Positions 36,871 through 50,150 of a DNA stretch of 64,000 bases are shown in pieces. Every line of letters begins with the position of its first letter. Positions within the stretch are counted from its first letter, which is position 1. Where the stretch lies: positions 248,001 to 312,000 of the forward strand of contig MU058669.1 of the NCBI GenBank assembly GCA_013265495.1. The letters run 5' to 3'. Origin of the DNA: Vicugna vicugna. Lineage: Eukaryota. The position numbers and the translations under genes were made by a program. The notes under the pieces are model-generated. The model did not search any database and was not told the DNA's origin. It saw nothing but the letters and a program-made list of their open reading frames with translations.

Positions 36871-38655
36871 AGTTACACCAAAAGCCAGGAAAAAGGGGTT
36901 CAGCCTTGGAGCTCCCAAGGAAACTCCACTTCCCAACTGAAACTTTCTAAAGGCACATTCCCCCCACCTTGCCCTTCACAGAACACTTCAGATTCCACTT
37001 CTCCTACTCCATCAAAGCCAGAGGGCACCTGACAGTCCCAAACCCAACTCCTTCCCACTGTTCCGTGAGATTCTCAGGAGAAAAATGATACTGTTCTCCA
37101 TTTGGCCTTTTCAGAAATATGAACTGCTAGGTAGAGGCACCAATCCAATAACTCACGGATGCTTTCAGTCTAATATTTAGTAATTAATGAGGATGTAGTC
37201 AGGGGAAAACACTCTAGTCCTGCTTCCCCCATCCCTCCATTCAGCTTATGTAAAGTGCTGTGCCAAAGGGTCTCAAAACCTTCTCTTCCAACCTGGTCAT
37301 CATCCCTAAATCCTAAATTTCGGAGCAGCCTGAGCTTCATGAAAGTAACCATCTCTGCTCACAGGGCGAGTAGACCCTACGGATACTTAAAGGTTCCCAG
37401 GATGGAGAACAGAGGGGCCCATAGGCTTCTAGGGCCAGGCAGCTGAGGGATGTGTATGAAATGAGCCAAGTGGAAACCCACAAACCCAAATGGGGTCACG
37501 TGGGCATGTAGGCCCAGAGATGCTACCAGGGAGAAGAGGAGTACCAGATTCTTACGGGAATTCTCCCAACTTCTAAATATTGGCAAATCAATTAGATTTT
37601 AAAAATTATTTTGAAGGCCAAACAAGCAGGTCTATGGGCCTGTATACAGCACCCTGAAAGGAACATAAACTCTCCAAAGCCAGAAGTTTATGACCTACAG
37701 CAAAGGAACAGTAATTTACCAAATGGAGTTCTCTAAGACCAAAGGAGTTGAGTGGATCAGAAAAGAGAGGACAGTAAAAACCACGTGTAATCCCACCACC
37801 CAGACCACTACTAACATTCTGATCTCTATACGTCCAAGCATCGGAAAAATTTAAAAACATACATGGTTACAGATGTTTTGCTTGGTTACTAGGAAGGGGC
37901 CCAGACGTGCACCCCGGCTTGCAGCCTTTGCTCTGTGCATTTACCCTGCACTGCCGTCACCTTTGCGTGCTCTCCTCCCTCCCTGGGCCACTCTCTCACA
38001 TCAAGCCCTCCTCCCTGTCAAAATCTGCTCCCTTTGCAGTTTTTCTGGCATGAACTGAGCCAATGTTTCTCAAATTTAAGTCATGAACAGGACCTCCTGA
38101 AAGCAAACCATTACAGAGGTCTCTTCCACAAACACGTACCCAAGGATTTATCTGAGAAATGCTAACAAAGGGAACCAAGGTTTCTGACTTTCAAATCTGA
38201 ATTTTCATGGCAAAGAGAAGGATCTTTACAGTTGCTAAAAGAACATTTTAAAAGATTTAAAAATCAAAAGGAAAAAGAGAATTTTTAAAAAGTCTGCCTA
38301 ACTCTTGGATCCACTGAATCCTAGCTTGAAAAACACTGGTCTCAGGCACAACAGGTCCCTGGGAACCCAAGGCACCTGTGAGTTCAGCCTCTGAAGCTCC
38401 TCTTTATTTGGGACACCCCTGCCAGCCTTTCCTTCCTACAGGCCCCGGGGGCTAAGAAACCAGAGGTCACCGGTTTTCACTCGTGCGACCTGGAGCCATA
38501 GAGTTGAATCCAGGTTCTCCTCCCACCTTCAAGGGGGAGAAGCCATACTTTACCTTATTTTCTTTACAATAATTTTGAAATTACTTGCAATTTTTTAACT
38601 TAAAAAAATTTCACATCAGCCTCTTGAGTAAAAGTTCTTTTGAAAAAAAGTTTTC

Positions 38656-38900
38656 AAAGTGGGGATCGCTCTGTGGTATATACAAATTTTGAACTAAAAT
38701 GCTGCATACCTGAAACATACCATTTTAAAGAAAGAAAAAAGTTTCCCAGACAAATTAGGAGTTTGGGATTAGCAGATACAAACTACCATATATAAAACAG
38801 ATAAACAACAATATACATATACCTATGACTGAATCCCTATGCTGTACAGCAGAAGCTAACACAACACTGTAAATCAACTATATTTCACTTTAAAAAAAAA
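38656..38900 (+). mobile_element. Two tandem short L1 3'-end fragments
   Basis: Fragments at about 38656-38734 and 38746-38894 (aaattaggagtttgggattagcagatacaaactacc…acactgtaaatcaactatatttca). AAAAAAGTTT recurs at 38644, 38735 and 38895. Confidence 0.75.
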
Positions 38901-41900
38901 GTTTCACTATTGAAGAAAGAAAAAAAATTGGAAAATCGCAGACACAGGCCATCTTCCTCACTTCGCAGACAGTGAAACTATGACCCAGAGGAGGGGCAGG
39001 GTTTGCTGGGTGACTAGTGTGAGTCAGGGAGAGCAGGGCCCGAGAACCCTCCCTCGGCCCTGGATTCCTCAGATCATTTCTCCCCATCAACCCCTGAACC
39101 CTCACAGTGTTCCTGCCTGCTCGATCTCACTGCTCTCACTGAAAGAAGCATCGTCTCCTTCAAGTTTCAAGGTTTCCTCTCATGTGCAGATGGGAAGACA
39201 CAAAACTCAAGGGGCAATCTGGGCAATGTGGGGGCTCCACACTGAACCCCGGCTTCATCCCAGACATGTGTGTGGCGGCAGGGTCTCCAGCATGTAGGAG
39301 AGAAGGGGTTGGCATACGCAGGCGGCCTTATGAATGCAAACGTAACTGTCATAGCTGGAGACTCCTTTACGATTCCACTGAAAGATGAAATGAATTCAAC
39401 TTCAGAGGCCATGACTGTTCTAAACATCAGAACAAAGGCTTTTGGGAAATGAGGGCTTCCTGAGTCCTACAGCCAAATGTCTGAGGGTGGCACTCAGGTG
39501 CTAGGAGGTAGGGTGGACCTTGGTGTGGATCTAGTTTAAGGCCTGAGTGAGTCTGACCTTGAACTTGCTGTGTGACATCAGAGCTCTCATTTAGCCTTTC
39601 TGGGCCTCAATTTCCTCATCTCTGAAATGTGGCTACTACCATGTAGCTGACATCGCTGGATTACAGTGAGAGAGGAAACGGGGAACGGTGTTTAGAGTCA
39701 GTGTGACGTGCTTGTCACCTCTGCATTTCAAAATGGGAGCAAACCAACTTATTAATGCTGGGAGGTGGAGGGAGGGGATCAGAGATTCTCACTGAAAAAG
39801 AAAAGGTAATATACCAAAAAATCAGTTCTTTGACACATAATAGCAGTTGTTGCCTCAAACACATCACTTTTCAGCAGGTGCTCGCATAGCCAACAAGCTT
39901 TCTGGGCATGCTGAGCCCCACTGTGCCCTTGCCCTTCAACTGCTCACTCTCCAGCTGGCGGGGCAGGCTCCAGGCCTGGAGTAGGAGGGGCCAGACACTG
40001 AGGGTCCACCCTGAAGGCTCAGCTTTCGAGCATCAGGACCCCAGGGAGGGGAGACCAGCCTGGGCTGGAGCATCAGAGAAGCCTTCTTAGAGGTGGGAGG
40101 ACCTGATCACCTTGGACTTGGAGGATGAGGAGGATGCTAGGAGGCAGAAAGGAAGGGATGATGATGACAGAGGAGGATGTGAGGGTGTAAGGTTGGATGG
40201 GAAGGCTGGGCTCTGGGCCTCGCTCTCTTGGCCATGTCGGGTCCTGCCCTGTGAGGGCAGACACGTGTCCCTGAGCCGTAGCAGCACCCAGCCCTCCTCT
40301 GTCCCCACCCAGATGTACAGAGCCAGATGGACAGCACGTGCTCAGCGCATCTCAAAGGAGCGTGCTACATCTCTCGCACATGCGTCATAATTCACCACCA
40401 GCCATGGATAGCACCACAACTCAACAATCCAGCTGGGGAGATGAGAATGAGATATGCAAAAACAATGCCCAATTCATCAGATGGACTTGGAGTTGAGGTG
40501 CTGACACACACGATTGATGATGTTCAGGAAGTGACAGGATCACATGGACACACGCGGGGTCAAGCACGATGCCCACACCTGGAGCTCTCAAAGCCGTGAT
40601 GCCATCATTTGCTCCCGAACCCAGGAAAGCACAAGGGCAGCAAGGTGTGTGAGCACCATTATTTTAAGGATACAGCAGATGCAAAGCTGTGTTTTCTCAG
40701 TGGTCCCTCACTGTCTCCTCTCCTCTCACCTCCCCTTCTCTCACTCCCTACATCCCATCCACATCAGGTCAAATGGAGACTTAGGTGAAACATCATAAAT
40801 CACAGCAGGGAATGGGATCTGGCTTTCTGAACGGCTGCCAAGGGGCTGGAAGTTGGTTTGAACTCTGATCAACAGGAGACGAGAGAGCCAGGCAGAAAAG
40901 TTTGCCCTCCTCTCTCATCCATGGACTACTCCGAATGTTGTTGCTCCCTGCAACCTGTGGGAGAGGTCCCCCCACTGGGAGAGCACACCTGCCGATGCTG
41001 GGGGTCGCTGTGCAGTGGAAGCCACTGCTGTAACTGCTCCTCGTTTCTTGCCCCATTTCCCCTTTTTATCCCCACCCTCGCTGCCTGGGGCTTGCAACAC
41101 CTTAATCATAGCTTAGGTTGTTTTCTAGAGAACGTGGGCTAAGTAAGGCAAAGAATTCATTTGCTTTAATTTGTAAAACAAGTCATTCACAAACACTGGT
41201 GCTTTAAAAGTTGTCAGTAATGAAATGTCCTGATGCTACAGAAGAGAACGAGGGGAGAACAGAGAGCACTGGTGGGATTTTGATTCAAATTCTCTAAGGT
41301 GCTCTTGTATCTGTTAATTCCACAGACACTGCACAATGTCACTATGTGCCTGGCACTGTGCAGGGTACCAGGGACACAGAGGTAACTAAGACGTGGTCCA
41401 TGTCCTCAGGGAGCAGAGGAGCTGACATGTAAATGCTGGGGTAGGTGCAAGTGATTTAGGACAGGGCATAGCGGAGGTAAAGATCCTCCCTGTATTGTCT
41501 GAGGACAAGGGATGGGGGAAGAGATCGGCTCACAGAGCTTGGTCCAGAAGCATGGACAGGACAAGTGGGAAGAAGTCACTCTTGCCTCTGAATTCCCACT
41601 GCCTGGTGTCCACTCTCTTCTCAGAGCACAGACTTCACTTGCCTATAGAACCCCAGCCCTCAGGGCAGGCTCTATGTCCTGAGGTTCATCAGGATATCCC
41701 TGAAGTCCCACCTGGAACCTGGCTCACAGCAGGGGTTCAGCAGGGATTCTGGAGCCATGGGAAGGCACAGAGGGCCTGGCTTGGGACCTCCAATCCCCCC
41801 TTGCTCCCAGCGGGCCTGAGGGGTGCTGCTCCCTTCATCCCACGGCGACCTCGATGCTCCGCAGCCAGGTTCTCTCCAGGGAGCGGGTGGGGGTGAGGCG

Positions 41901-44179
41901 TGAGAAAAGCCCTCTTAGCAACATTGTTCCACTCCCGTGGGTGGGATGGAAAGTACTTCCCCCTCAAGAACCTTGGCCTGGGATTCGCCTAATGATTAAA
42001 TCAGATGTGGTGGGAAAATATTTAAAAGGTGTTTTTTTGGTGGAGGTGGCGTCACTGCTATCTTTTTTTTCACTCATAACTGCTGCACTCTGTCCACCAC
42101 TCTCAACACCCCCCCCAAAACAAAACAAAACCAAAAACACCATGGCCGCTACCACCCCCGGAGAAGGAAACCATCACAACATCAGAAAATAAAAACAAAA
42201 ATCTTGGCAAAGCCAAGGTCCTGGCACAAATAACACATTGGAAGAACACCGGCAGAGTGAGACTCCAGCCCCCACAGCCCTCACCACGACCCAGGGCTAA
42301 AATCAGGCCTGAGCTTGGGGACTGGGCATTATCAGCGAGGAGGCGAGGAGGTCAGAGCCGGTGAGGGTCCCTGGACACAAGCACCACTTCCATATGACGC
42401 AGAGTATGAGACAAAAGAAACTTACATTCTTCTAAAAAAGTTTACATTTTTGCCCGTCTCAGTTGAGGGCTCCATGAAATTTCTTCCCAGCTATAACTAT
42501 GTACTGATATAAAACTTTGGTGTCATCAAAGGTTTATTTAACCCAAAAATGTGAATAAAATTTCCTAAGTAGCTACTATGGAAGTCTGGCCTCTTGAAAT
42601 ATCCAGAAAATCATGGGAGTGCAGCTGTGGCTTGGTGGCCGAAGTGAAGTATTCAGGCATTTGGCAGGGCTCAGAGCTCCCCAGCATCAGACCTGGTGGC
42701 CAACACATCATTGACACACCTGCTGGGGTCTCCGACATTCAACTTGGGCTTTATCCAATTAACACTAGCCATTGACAAGGTTTCATAGCATTAAAAGCCA
42801 CCACCAAACAGGAGTCTGCACCAACAAACATGTAAATTGGCATGACTGAAAAAAATGTCATGTGTCAGCGACAGGTCCAAGGCTAATTCCATTCCACTGC
42901 CTGATTGACTCTGGGGGCAGGCAGTGACATGGAATAAAGTGGTAGGGACCTGGGGCCCGCCCACCCAGCCCAGGGAAGCTCCCAGCTCTACACATACCAG
43001 CTGTGGGATCTTGGACAAGTCACGTCACCTCTCTCAGCCTCAGGGTTTGCGCACGCGAAATGGGGACCATACTCTCCCCACCTCATGGGCTTGCTGAGAA
43101 GTGAGTGCAAACACTGAACACTGTGCTCGGCACATAGCTTGGCACTCAATCGAAGGCCAGGATCCTCAGGTGAAAACCCCTATGAACAAGGGACCTTGGT
43201 GTCCGACTGGGGAGGAGCTGTCAGCACTCAGAGTTGTTCCCACCAGAGTGGCTGCATTGAATTCAGGGTGCTTCGGAGTGGTGAGCCCAGGGCTGGTAGG
43301 AGCAAGCCTTCCCAGTGTGAGCCCTGCCTGGGAACAGTCCGCAGGGCCCAGCATGGGGTGCCAGGTACACAGGAAGGCCAGGAATGGTGTCAGGATTTCA
43401 GGTATCTGGTGAACAGATACACAGTAGGTGTTTTATAAACATTCTCCAAATGAACAGTGGGCTTTGGAATAAAAAAACTGTACGTGTATTTTTGTGCATG
43501 GCACTCAGCCTCTCTGGGTCTCTTTTACATCCTGCAAAATGGGATAATACTATCTTCCTTCCAGGGTTGTGGTGAAGTTAGTTCAGTCTTGTAAGTAAAA
43601 CTGCCTAACATACAGTAAGTGTTCAGTAAGTGGTGGTTACTGAATTACACTGTGAATGAGGAGTAGGAGCCAGAAAATAAATGAGTCACAACTGAAGGGA
43701 AAACCATTCTATTTAGGTGTGTAACCTTGGACAAGTCTCCTCACTTTATTAAGCCTCGGCTGCCTCGACTATAGAACAGGAGCAGTCAGATGACCGAGCC
43801 CACAGGGTTGTTATGAGGATCAGGCAAGTGACCCAAAGTGGAAACTCTGTAAACTCTAAAGTGGTAAACAGATGCCGATGGCTGAGCAGAGCCAAGCAGG
43901 ACCATGGGCTACAGGGGAATGGAAGCACCCAACCCAAAGGAAGCCAAGGGCAAGGTGTGTGGATGAGGAACCACGGGTATAATGGCCTTTCTTATCTATG
44001 TTTACTATGTGGGATATTTTTTTCTGATTATAAAAATATTGCAATATAGACAGTTTGGAAAACACATAAAAGTGCACAGAAAAACAAAGAAAACTCTTGC
44101 GATGCCATCATCTAGAAATAACACGTACTGGGTTGTATTTAGTGTCCTGCTGCCAAAGGTGACACAGTTTGAGTGTACA

Positions 44180-44445
44180 CGAGGCAGCATGCTGAAGTGG
44201 TCCAAGGGCAGACCCCACGGTCAGCTTCTAAGTTCAAACTCCAGTCCCACCTCCTGCCAGGTATGTGACCCCGGAGACGATTCCTTACTTCTCCAAGTCT
44301 GTTTCCTTGTACATAAAATGGGATAATATTAACATCACTTTCTTTGTAGAATAGTTGTAAAGATTAAATTAGATAATGCATGGTAAATGCTCAGCACAGT
44401 GTTTACCGCATTATAAGAACTCAATAAATATAGATATTATTATTA
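44180..44445 (+). mobile_element. MIR SINE; further MIR pieces at about 42980-43145, 43450-43640 and 43715-43870
   Basis: gttcaaactccagt…tgtgacc…tgtttccttgtacataaaatgggataata…agattaaattagataatgcatg…ctcaataaata. Confidence 0.8.
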
Positions 44446-44532
44446 CTATACATACACACCTACTTACACAATTTTTATTTACAAAATGGATCTTTTTGGG
44501 TAACAACTATGTCATCCAATTTTCTCATACAA

Positions 44533-44894
44533 CAGTAGTTCCCAGTGTGGACTCAGGGCCAGCAAGATCAGTTTTCAAGGAGGGAGGGTACAGCTCAGTG
44601 GTAGAGAGCATGCCTAGCATGCACAAGGTCTTGGGTTCAATCCCCAGTACCTCCATTAAATAAACAAACAAACCTAATTAACCTTCTCCTCAAAAAAAAA
44701 TTGTGAAATTAAAAAAAAAACCCTCAAAGAAAAGGAAAATTAAAAAAAAATCAGTCTTCAACTTGCTAAACACAGAAATTCTCAGCCAGACCTTGACCTG
44801 CTGAATCAGAAACTCTAAGGGTGGGGCCCAGCCAACTAGATTTTCCCAAGCCATCCTGGTGATGCTGATGCTCACTCAAAGTTGAGAACCACTG
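44533..44894. mobile_element. MER5A MITE split by a vic-1-like SINE
   Basis: Left part cagtagttcccagtgtgg…ccagca; right part …gacctgctgaatcagaaactct…ggtgatgctgatgctcactcaaagttgagaaccactg. Confidence 0.8.
44579..44750 (+). mobile_element. vic-1-like camelid SINE derived from tRNA-Ala(AGC)
   Basis: The head gggtacagctcagtggtagagagcatgcctagcatgcacaaggtcttgggttcaatccccagtacctcca has Pol III A and B boxes and is followed by a conserved aaacctaatta tail and A-rich end. TSD aagatcagttttcaa (44564-44578) / aaaatcagtcttcaa (44747-44761). Confidence 0.9.
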
Positions 44895-44971
44895 GGCTCA
44901 GTGGCTTCACAGCATTTTCTACCATGACTTATTTAATCAGTCTCCTCTTTTGAGACATTTAGGCTGTTTGC

Positions 44972-45162
44972 CAGTGGGGTGCTACAGTGAGCTGTACAGA
45001 CCCTTGAGAGGCAACTGCAAGTATCCCCCAACTCTGTGTTATTTTGGTAGCTTGAAATCAGCCTTGGAGGGAGGTTTTACACCACAGAAATCAGCAAGCG
45101 CTACAAATCAGGGCTCCCCATCTTCACCCCGGCTGGTTGTTCACTTCTCCCAACACGCTACC
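44972..45162 (-). mobile_element. MER63A-like hAT-Blackjack MITE
   Basis: ttggtagcttgaaatcagcc…ttttacaccacagaaatcagcaagcgctacaaatcagggct matches recalled MER63A in reverse. Confidence 0.7.
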
Positions 45163-45242
45163 AGCTATTTCCGTTGGTTTTGGTCAACAGCACAATGGTG
45201 AGCATCCATGTCCACACACCCACCTGCTCATCATTAAAAAAA

Positions 45243-45520
45243 TTTTTTTTTATTGCAGTATAGTCAGTTTACAATGCTGTGTCATTTCTGGTGTGCAGCA
45301 TAATGCTTCAGTCATGCATGAACATACATATATATTCATTTTCATTTTTTTTTTCACAAGTTACCACAAGATAGTGAATGGTGAAGAAGAATATGAAAAC
45401 AAATATATGTATGTTCATGTATGACTGAAGCATTATGCTATACACCAGAAATTGACAGAACACTGTAAACTGACTATATTTCAATATATACATATATACA
45501 TGTTATATACATACATAAAA
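45243..45520. mobile_element. Two L1 extreme 3' ends fused head-to-head (minus 45243-45379; plus 45380-about 45520)
   Basis: Both arms contain atatatgtatgttcatgYatgactgaagcattatgct…caccagaaat…tgtaaactgactata in opposite orientations, and each has its own tail. Confidence 0.88.
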
Positions 45521-47609
45521 GAATTTAAATAGCCACACGTGGCTGGTGGCTACTGTATGAGCACAGCTCTGGGGATTCAGGAGGGGCTGTGGTGTATGAG
45601 TCTTCTGAAACTGATCATCACGGTGACTTGAGATCCTGCATTATTTATACCACCTCTGATTTCAAATATTCTGTTCCCACTGACCCATCAACACTGACAC
45701 ACTGAATTCCTTAAATGTCTGGAAATTCTGATGTTTCAGAATTTCAATTACATTCTCCCAGACTGCATTTCCTAACTGGAACCCTTTGTCAGATTATGTC
45801 TCTGTAGGGACTGGGAAATACTGAGCTCCTAGCTTAGCAGAGAAGCACCGATGTTGTTCACTCAGGGAGTGGTCTCCCAATAATCACTGTCACTGACAGA
45901 CTGATAGACCACCGTGCCTCTGTGCTTTTGCTTATGCTGTTCCCTTGGCCCAGAGAACCCCTCCTCCCAATTAGGAAATACCTCCTCTAGGAAGCCCTCC
46001 CTGATTATTCCCATTTAGAATTAAATGTGAATGTAGGTGGCCCTCTGTGAGGCCACTAAACATGGCTCATGGATCACGGCTTAGGCGAGAGACTTGAGTC
46101 ACCCATTTATGACCTATTTAACCCCTATTTGAGATACAATTCTAATAACTTTAATAACTAGATTTTTTTTTATCCCAAAGCTGATTTGAAATAGCAAATC
46201 CGAAGAGTGAAAAGGATCCTAGGGCCAGACACACTGGTGACGACAAGAAGTAAAAATCATCTAAGAGTCACGCAGTAAGGGAGAAGATTTAGAAAAAAAT
46301 AGAAATACCAAACCTGGGCTTCCAAAGACAGAGCCATCGGGTCATTTTGTGCAAGGGCAGATACCTTTCCAGACCTCCGTTATTCTTGAGGGTAGCGCTA
46401 CATTTAATAACTGATACTTACTAAGACCTCAATAAGGCCTCAAATTCTAACTCTCAGCTCTAAAGAAGAGGTGAGGAAAGTCATCCTAAAGTTCTAGGAT
46501 TTAAAGCTTGACAGGATGTGAGAAGTCACCTGAACTTTATAGATGCAGACGCTGAAGCCCAAAGAGATGATGTAATTTGCTCAAGGTCACAAAGCTATTT
46601 ACTGGCAGGGCTGGAACCAAAGCTGGTCGACTTGTTCCATATCAATACCTGGAAAAGTCATTTGATGAACTTTTTAACTCCACAGTGCCACTGAATTGAT
46701 GAGGCATTTATGGAGGAAAAAAATGATGTATCTTCCCCACACACCCCCACATGAAGATATTTTCTCTAGTCACTGATGATTAATACTGGGAAAGGCTACC
46801 TCTCTATATGGAAACAGGTGTCAAAAGACAGAATAAGACAAGAGCTGGCATTTACAGCTTCATGATGAACATGGTGTGAAAACAGTACGACTTGGGGGTG
46901 ATTAGATATTTCAAAGCGGATTCTCTAATTGGGGTAATTAATATCCAAATTGGTATTATACACAGGCAATGTGATCAAAGTCTGTAATGAAAATGAAACC
47001 CTTCAAACACATGGCTGTCCATCAAGATGCAAATGACAGAAGAGAAATAAACCACTGATGATACACAAATGATTTCAATGCTCCATGCATCGCCAGACAT
47101 TTATTTTGGGGCTTGGGCTGTGGAAAAAGAATAATAGGATTGATCTAAGGCAGTTATAAACCACCACTGATAGATAAATATACATCTTCTCACTCTATAC
47201 AGGAGCAGGTATTCAGAACAAGGTGGTTCATACAGACAGACAGCTCTTTAAATGATACCTTGCAATTACATTACAGCCTTCCAGCAGATAATAAACCTTC
47301 AATGTCTTGAATAATTTAAAATTTTCCAGCGGCATGAAGGTTGAAGGGAAGGAAAATCACACTTTGCTATAGAGGAGGAAAATTCCTCAGCAAATCAATT
47401 GTGGGAATTCGGGCAGAAAAATGTCCAGTTTTGCATTCGTTTTCCTGATAGGTGAATATTCCATCCCCGTTCAACCTGCCCCCTGATTTTCAAAGTCAAA
47501 GAGCCAAGAGTGAATCAATCTATAAAAAATAAAATAGGAAAATATAAAGCATGAAATCCTTTCATGTTATTCCTACTGTCACAGAAGAGGTAATACATAA
47601 CAGTGCAAT

Positions 47610-47800
47610 ACTCTGGATCCAAATGAACTTGAATTTGGACCTGGACTCTGCCACTTGCTTGCTGTGTAAGCTGAATCTTTCTAATTCTCAGTTTCCCATC
47701 TGTAATATCAGGACAACAATGCCCACAATCTCCTAGGATTCACTGAGATCATGAATTAGCGCTTCGTGGCACATATTAAGTGTTAATAAATGGTGGCATT
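47610..47800 (+). mobile_element. MIR SINE
   Basis: ctctgccacttgcttgctgtg…ctcagtttcccatctgtaatatcagg…gtgttaataaatggtggc. Confidence 0.7.
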
Positions 47801-49971
47801 TATTTTTGTTTTCATACATGAATATTACTAATAATGACCGTTTAAGTTTTGGGGTCCTTAAGGTGCAGCTACAAAGGGGGATGAAGGAAAAAGAAGGAAG
47901 AGATGAACACAGAGAGTTTCATAATCAAGGCATGTTATAGTATCCAGGTTAATCCTTATGGTATGGTTAATCCATGGTTACTCTGAGCCAGCCCACTACA
48001 AGCAATTAACCTGCACAACTCTTTAAGGAGGTAGCTCAGCTTTACTCACTAAGGCACAGAGAGGTTAAGAACTAGTTCAATGTCCCCCTACCATCTGACT
48101 CCAAAGCTAGGGTGCTCAGAATCCAAGGATTCACAGCCAAAACAACTTGAGGTTTATCTTTTGCATCTAGATTTAAAGAAAATAATTTGCACATGCATAA
48201 TTTTATGGTTTTATAAAAACAGCAGTATCTGTGGGGGAACTGGTGGTCATAAACTTTGGTTCCTGCTACCGCCAAGGTGGGATTTTGTAATTCAGTTGGC
48301 TATAGACACTGGAGAACACTCAAAGAAACTGTCATAAGGGAAAATGCCTTTGTTAGATGCCTAAAAATGTTGTTCAGCCCTGTTGAAAGAGTGTACTGTA
48401 TGTGCTGTGTTAGCAATTAGCTAAAATGTTTAAATGGGGTGGATACTTGAGTGCACTAGTTGGATCTGAAACGTATTCAAGGATGAGTTCTGGCTCACAT
48501 ATTAAGCCAGTGAAGGAGAAAAAGGCCATAACCGGGGTGTCTATACCTGTTGCCACTGCCTTGCCCTTTGAGCACAATGGATGGCCCTGAAAGCAGGAGG
48601 TACCGACTGAGAAGAGTCCGGAGGGAGGGCTGTGACTGTGTGCCTGACTTCTGGAGGTGCCAGACAGCTGTGTGGGCCGTGCCCGGCCAGCGACAGGTGC
48701 TCCCTGATTAGGAGCAGGACTCTGTCATTAACCAGCCACCTGACTGAAGTGCCCTGTGTGCTTCTATTTCTCATCTCGAAAATGCAGAGGCTGGGTAAAG
48801 ATTCCTGACGGCAGAGCAGAAACTCCCTGAACTCTGAAACTGTGCTGCCTGTGAACACCAGGCTCTCTACCAGCAGTGGAAAGCCTTGATTTCTCCCCGA
48901 TTTAAAAATAGATCGTGTGTGGGGGTAACTCGCAGAGCCTGAACTCCAGGTTTTACACGTGGAGAGCTTGCTCAGAGAGAGGATCCGTGGGAGTGTGGAA
49001 GAAATATTTAAAAATAAAGGTTGAAATGTGAATAGAACTGGAGTGTCTGTTTTTGAACTTACTCTACCACATTTTTTAGGAATTTATTTTGTGGTGGAGG
49101 GAACTTGGGGGTGGGGAGACAAACAGGGTCCTTAGAAACCTGGAGGAAGTCACAGGAAGATCAGGGCAGATGCAGACTCCACTGAAGGACATGGCAAGGA
49201 GGATGAGTGTAACTGAATCGTAGGAAATACTGTCCTAAGAGCTGTCTGGTTAATTGTGCCACGGCAGGACAGGCATGGCATGGGTGTACAGAGGTGGTCC
49301 TCAGTGCACCTGGCCCACCTGGCCTTACGGGACACTGCAGCAGACATAAGCAGGTGAGTGCTCTTAGCTGAAAGAACCAAAGCCCAGGTGTCTCGATTAG
49401 AGTTTTTGTATTTCCAATGCTATGAGACTGGTTAGAAGCGAGCTCATACGGAGGAAGCACTTTGGGGGACAAAAATATTCACAGGTAAGTTTTAAATGTC
49501 CCAGGAAAGACCAGAATTTCATGTGCTGGAAAGCAGGGCTTTTAAGTCAGGTACCCCCAGGTTGGAGTAGATGTTGGTCTACCCAAGAATAGACAGGCCA
49601 TCCACGGAAAAGGGAGGGAGCTTCTGACTGAAGGGCCCCAAGCACACTCTCACATCAAAAAACATTTTATTGGACAATTTCAGGAGGAATTTATTCCATG
49701 CTTGGTGAATTTAGAGTTATGGGCTTGGTTGGGGCCTCAAACAGGTGATTATGGTAATCTAGAGAGAAAGTACCAAGCCATTTCTGTCACAAGGCCATTC
49801 CAGCTGGAAAATAATAGTGCTTCCTTGTATTTATAGAGCGCTGAACACTTTCCAAAGTGCTTTCCCAGCTATTATCTCATTTGATCCTGACAGCGGGCCA
49901 GAGATGCAGGCTGTGGCTCTGCTGTGGGGTCTCAAATGAGAGCTTTCCCCTCTCTGGGCTTCAGTTTCCCT

Positions 49972-50150
49972 ACGGTGGTCCCAGGCCTGGCTGGATCAGA
50001 ATCCCCAGAGAGCTGGTTATAATACAGATTCCTAAGCTCCACCCAGACCGAGAATCTGGACTCTTGCTGGAGCAGGGCCTGGGAATCTGCATGTTAAAAC
50101 CTACTTTCCACGTGATTTTTATGTGCACCAAAATTTGAGAAGCCCCGCTC
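49972..50150. mobile_element. MER5-like MITE; another copy at about 50628-50812
   Basis: atcagaatcccc…gagct…tacagattcct…ccacccaga…gggcctgggaatctgcatgttaaa…gtgatt…aaaatttgagaa. Confidence 0.75.

Noticed and set aside
40137..40200. 'SVIIIPSF' in a minus-strand ORF resembling the TSIIIPF of the preceding GALNT10 exon
   Set aside because: The rest of the exon (HNEGWSSLLRTVHSV…VDDFSD) is absent. The match comes from a low-complexity GAT repeat.
44583..44656. Functional tRNA-Ala gene
   Set aside because: It is followed by a SINE tail and A-rich end, is flanked by a TSD, interrupts a MER5A and has no oligo-T terminator. It is a SINE head.
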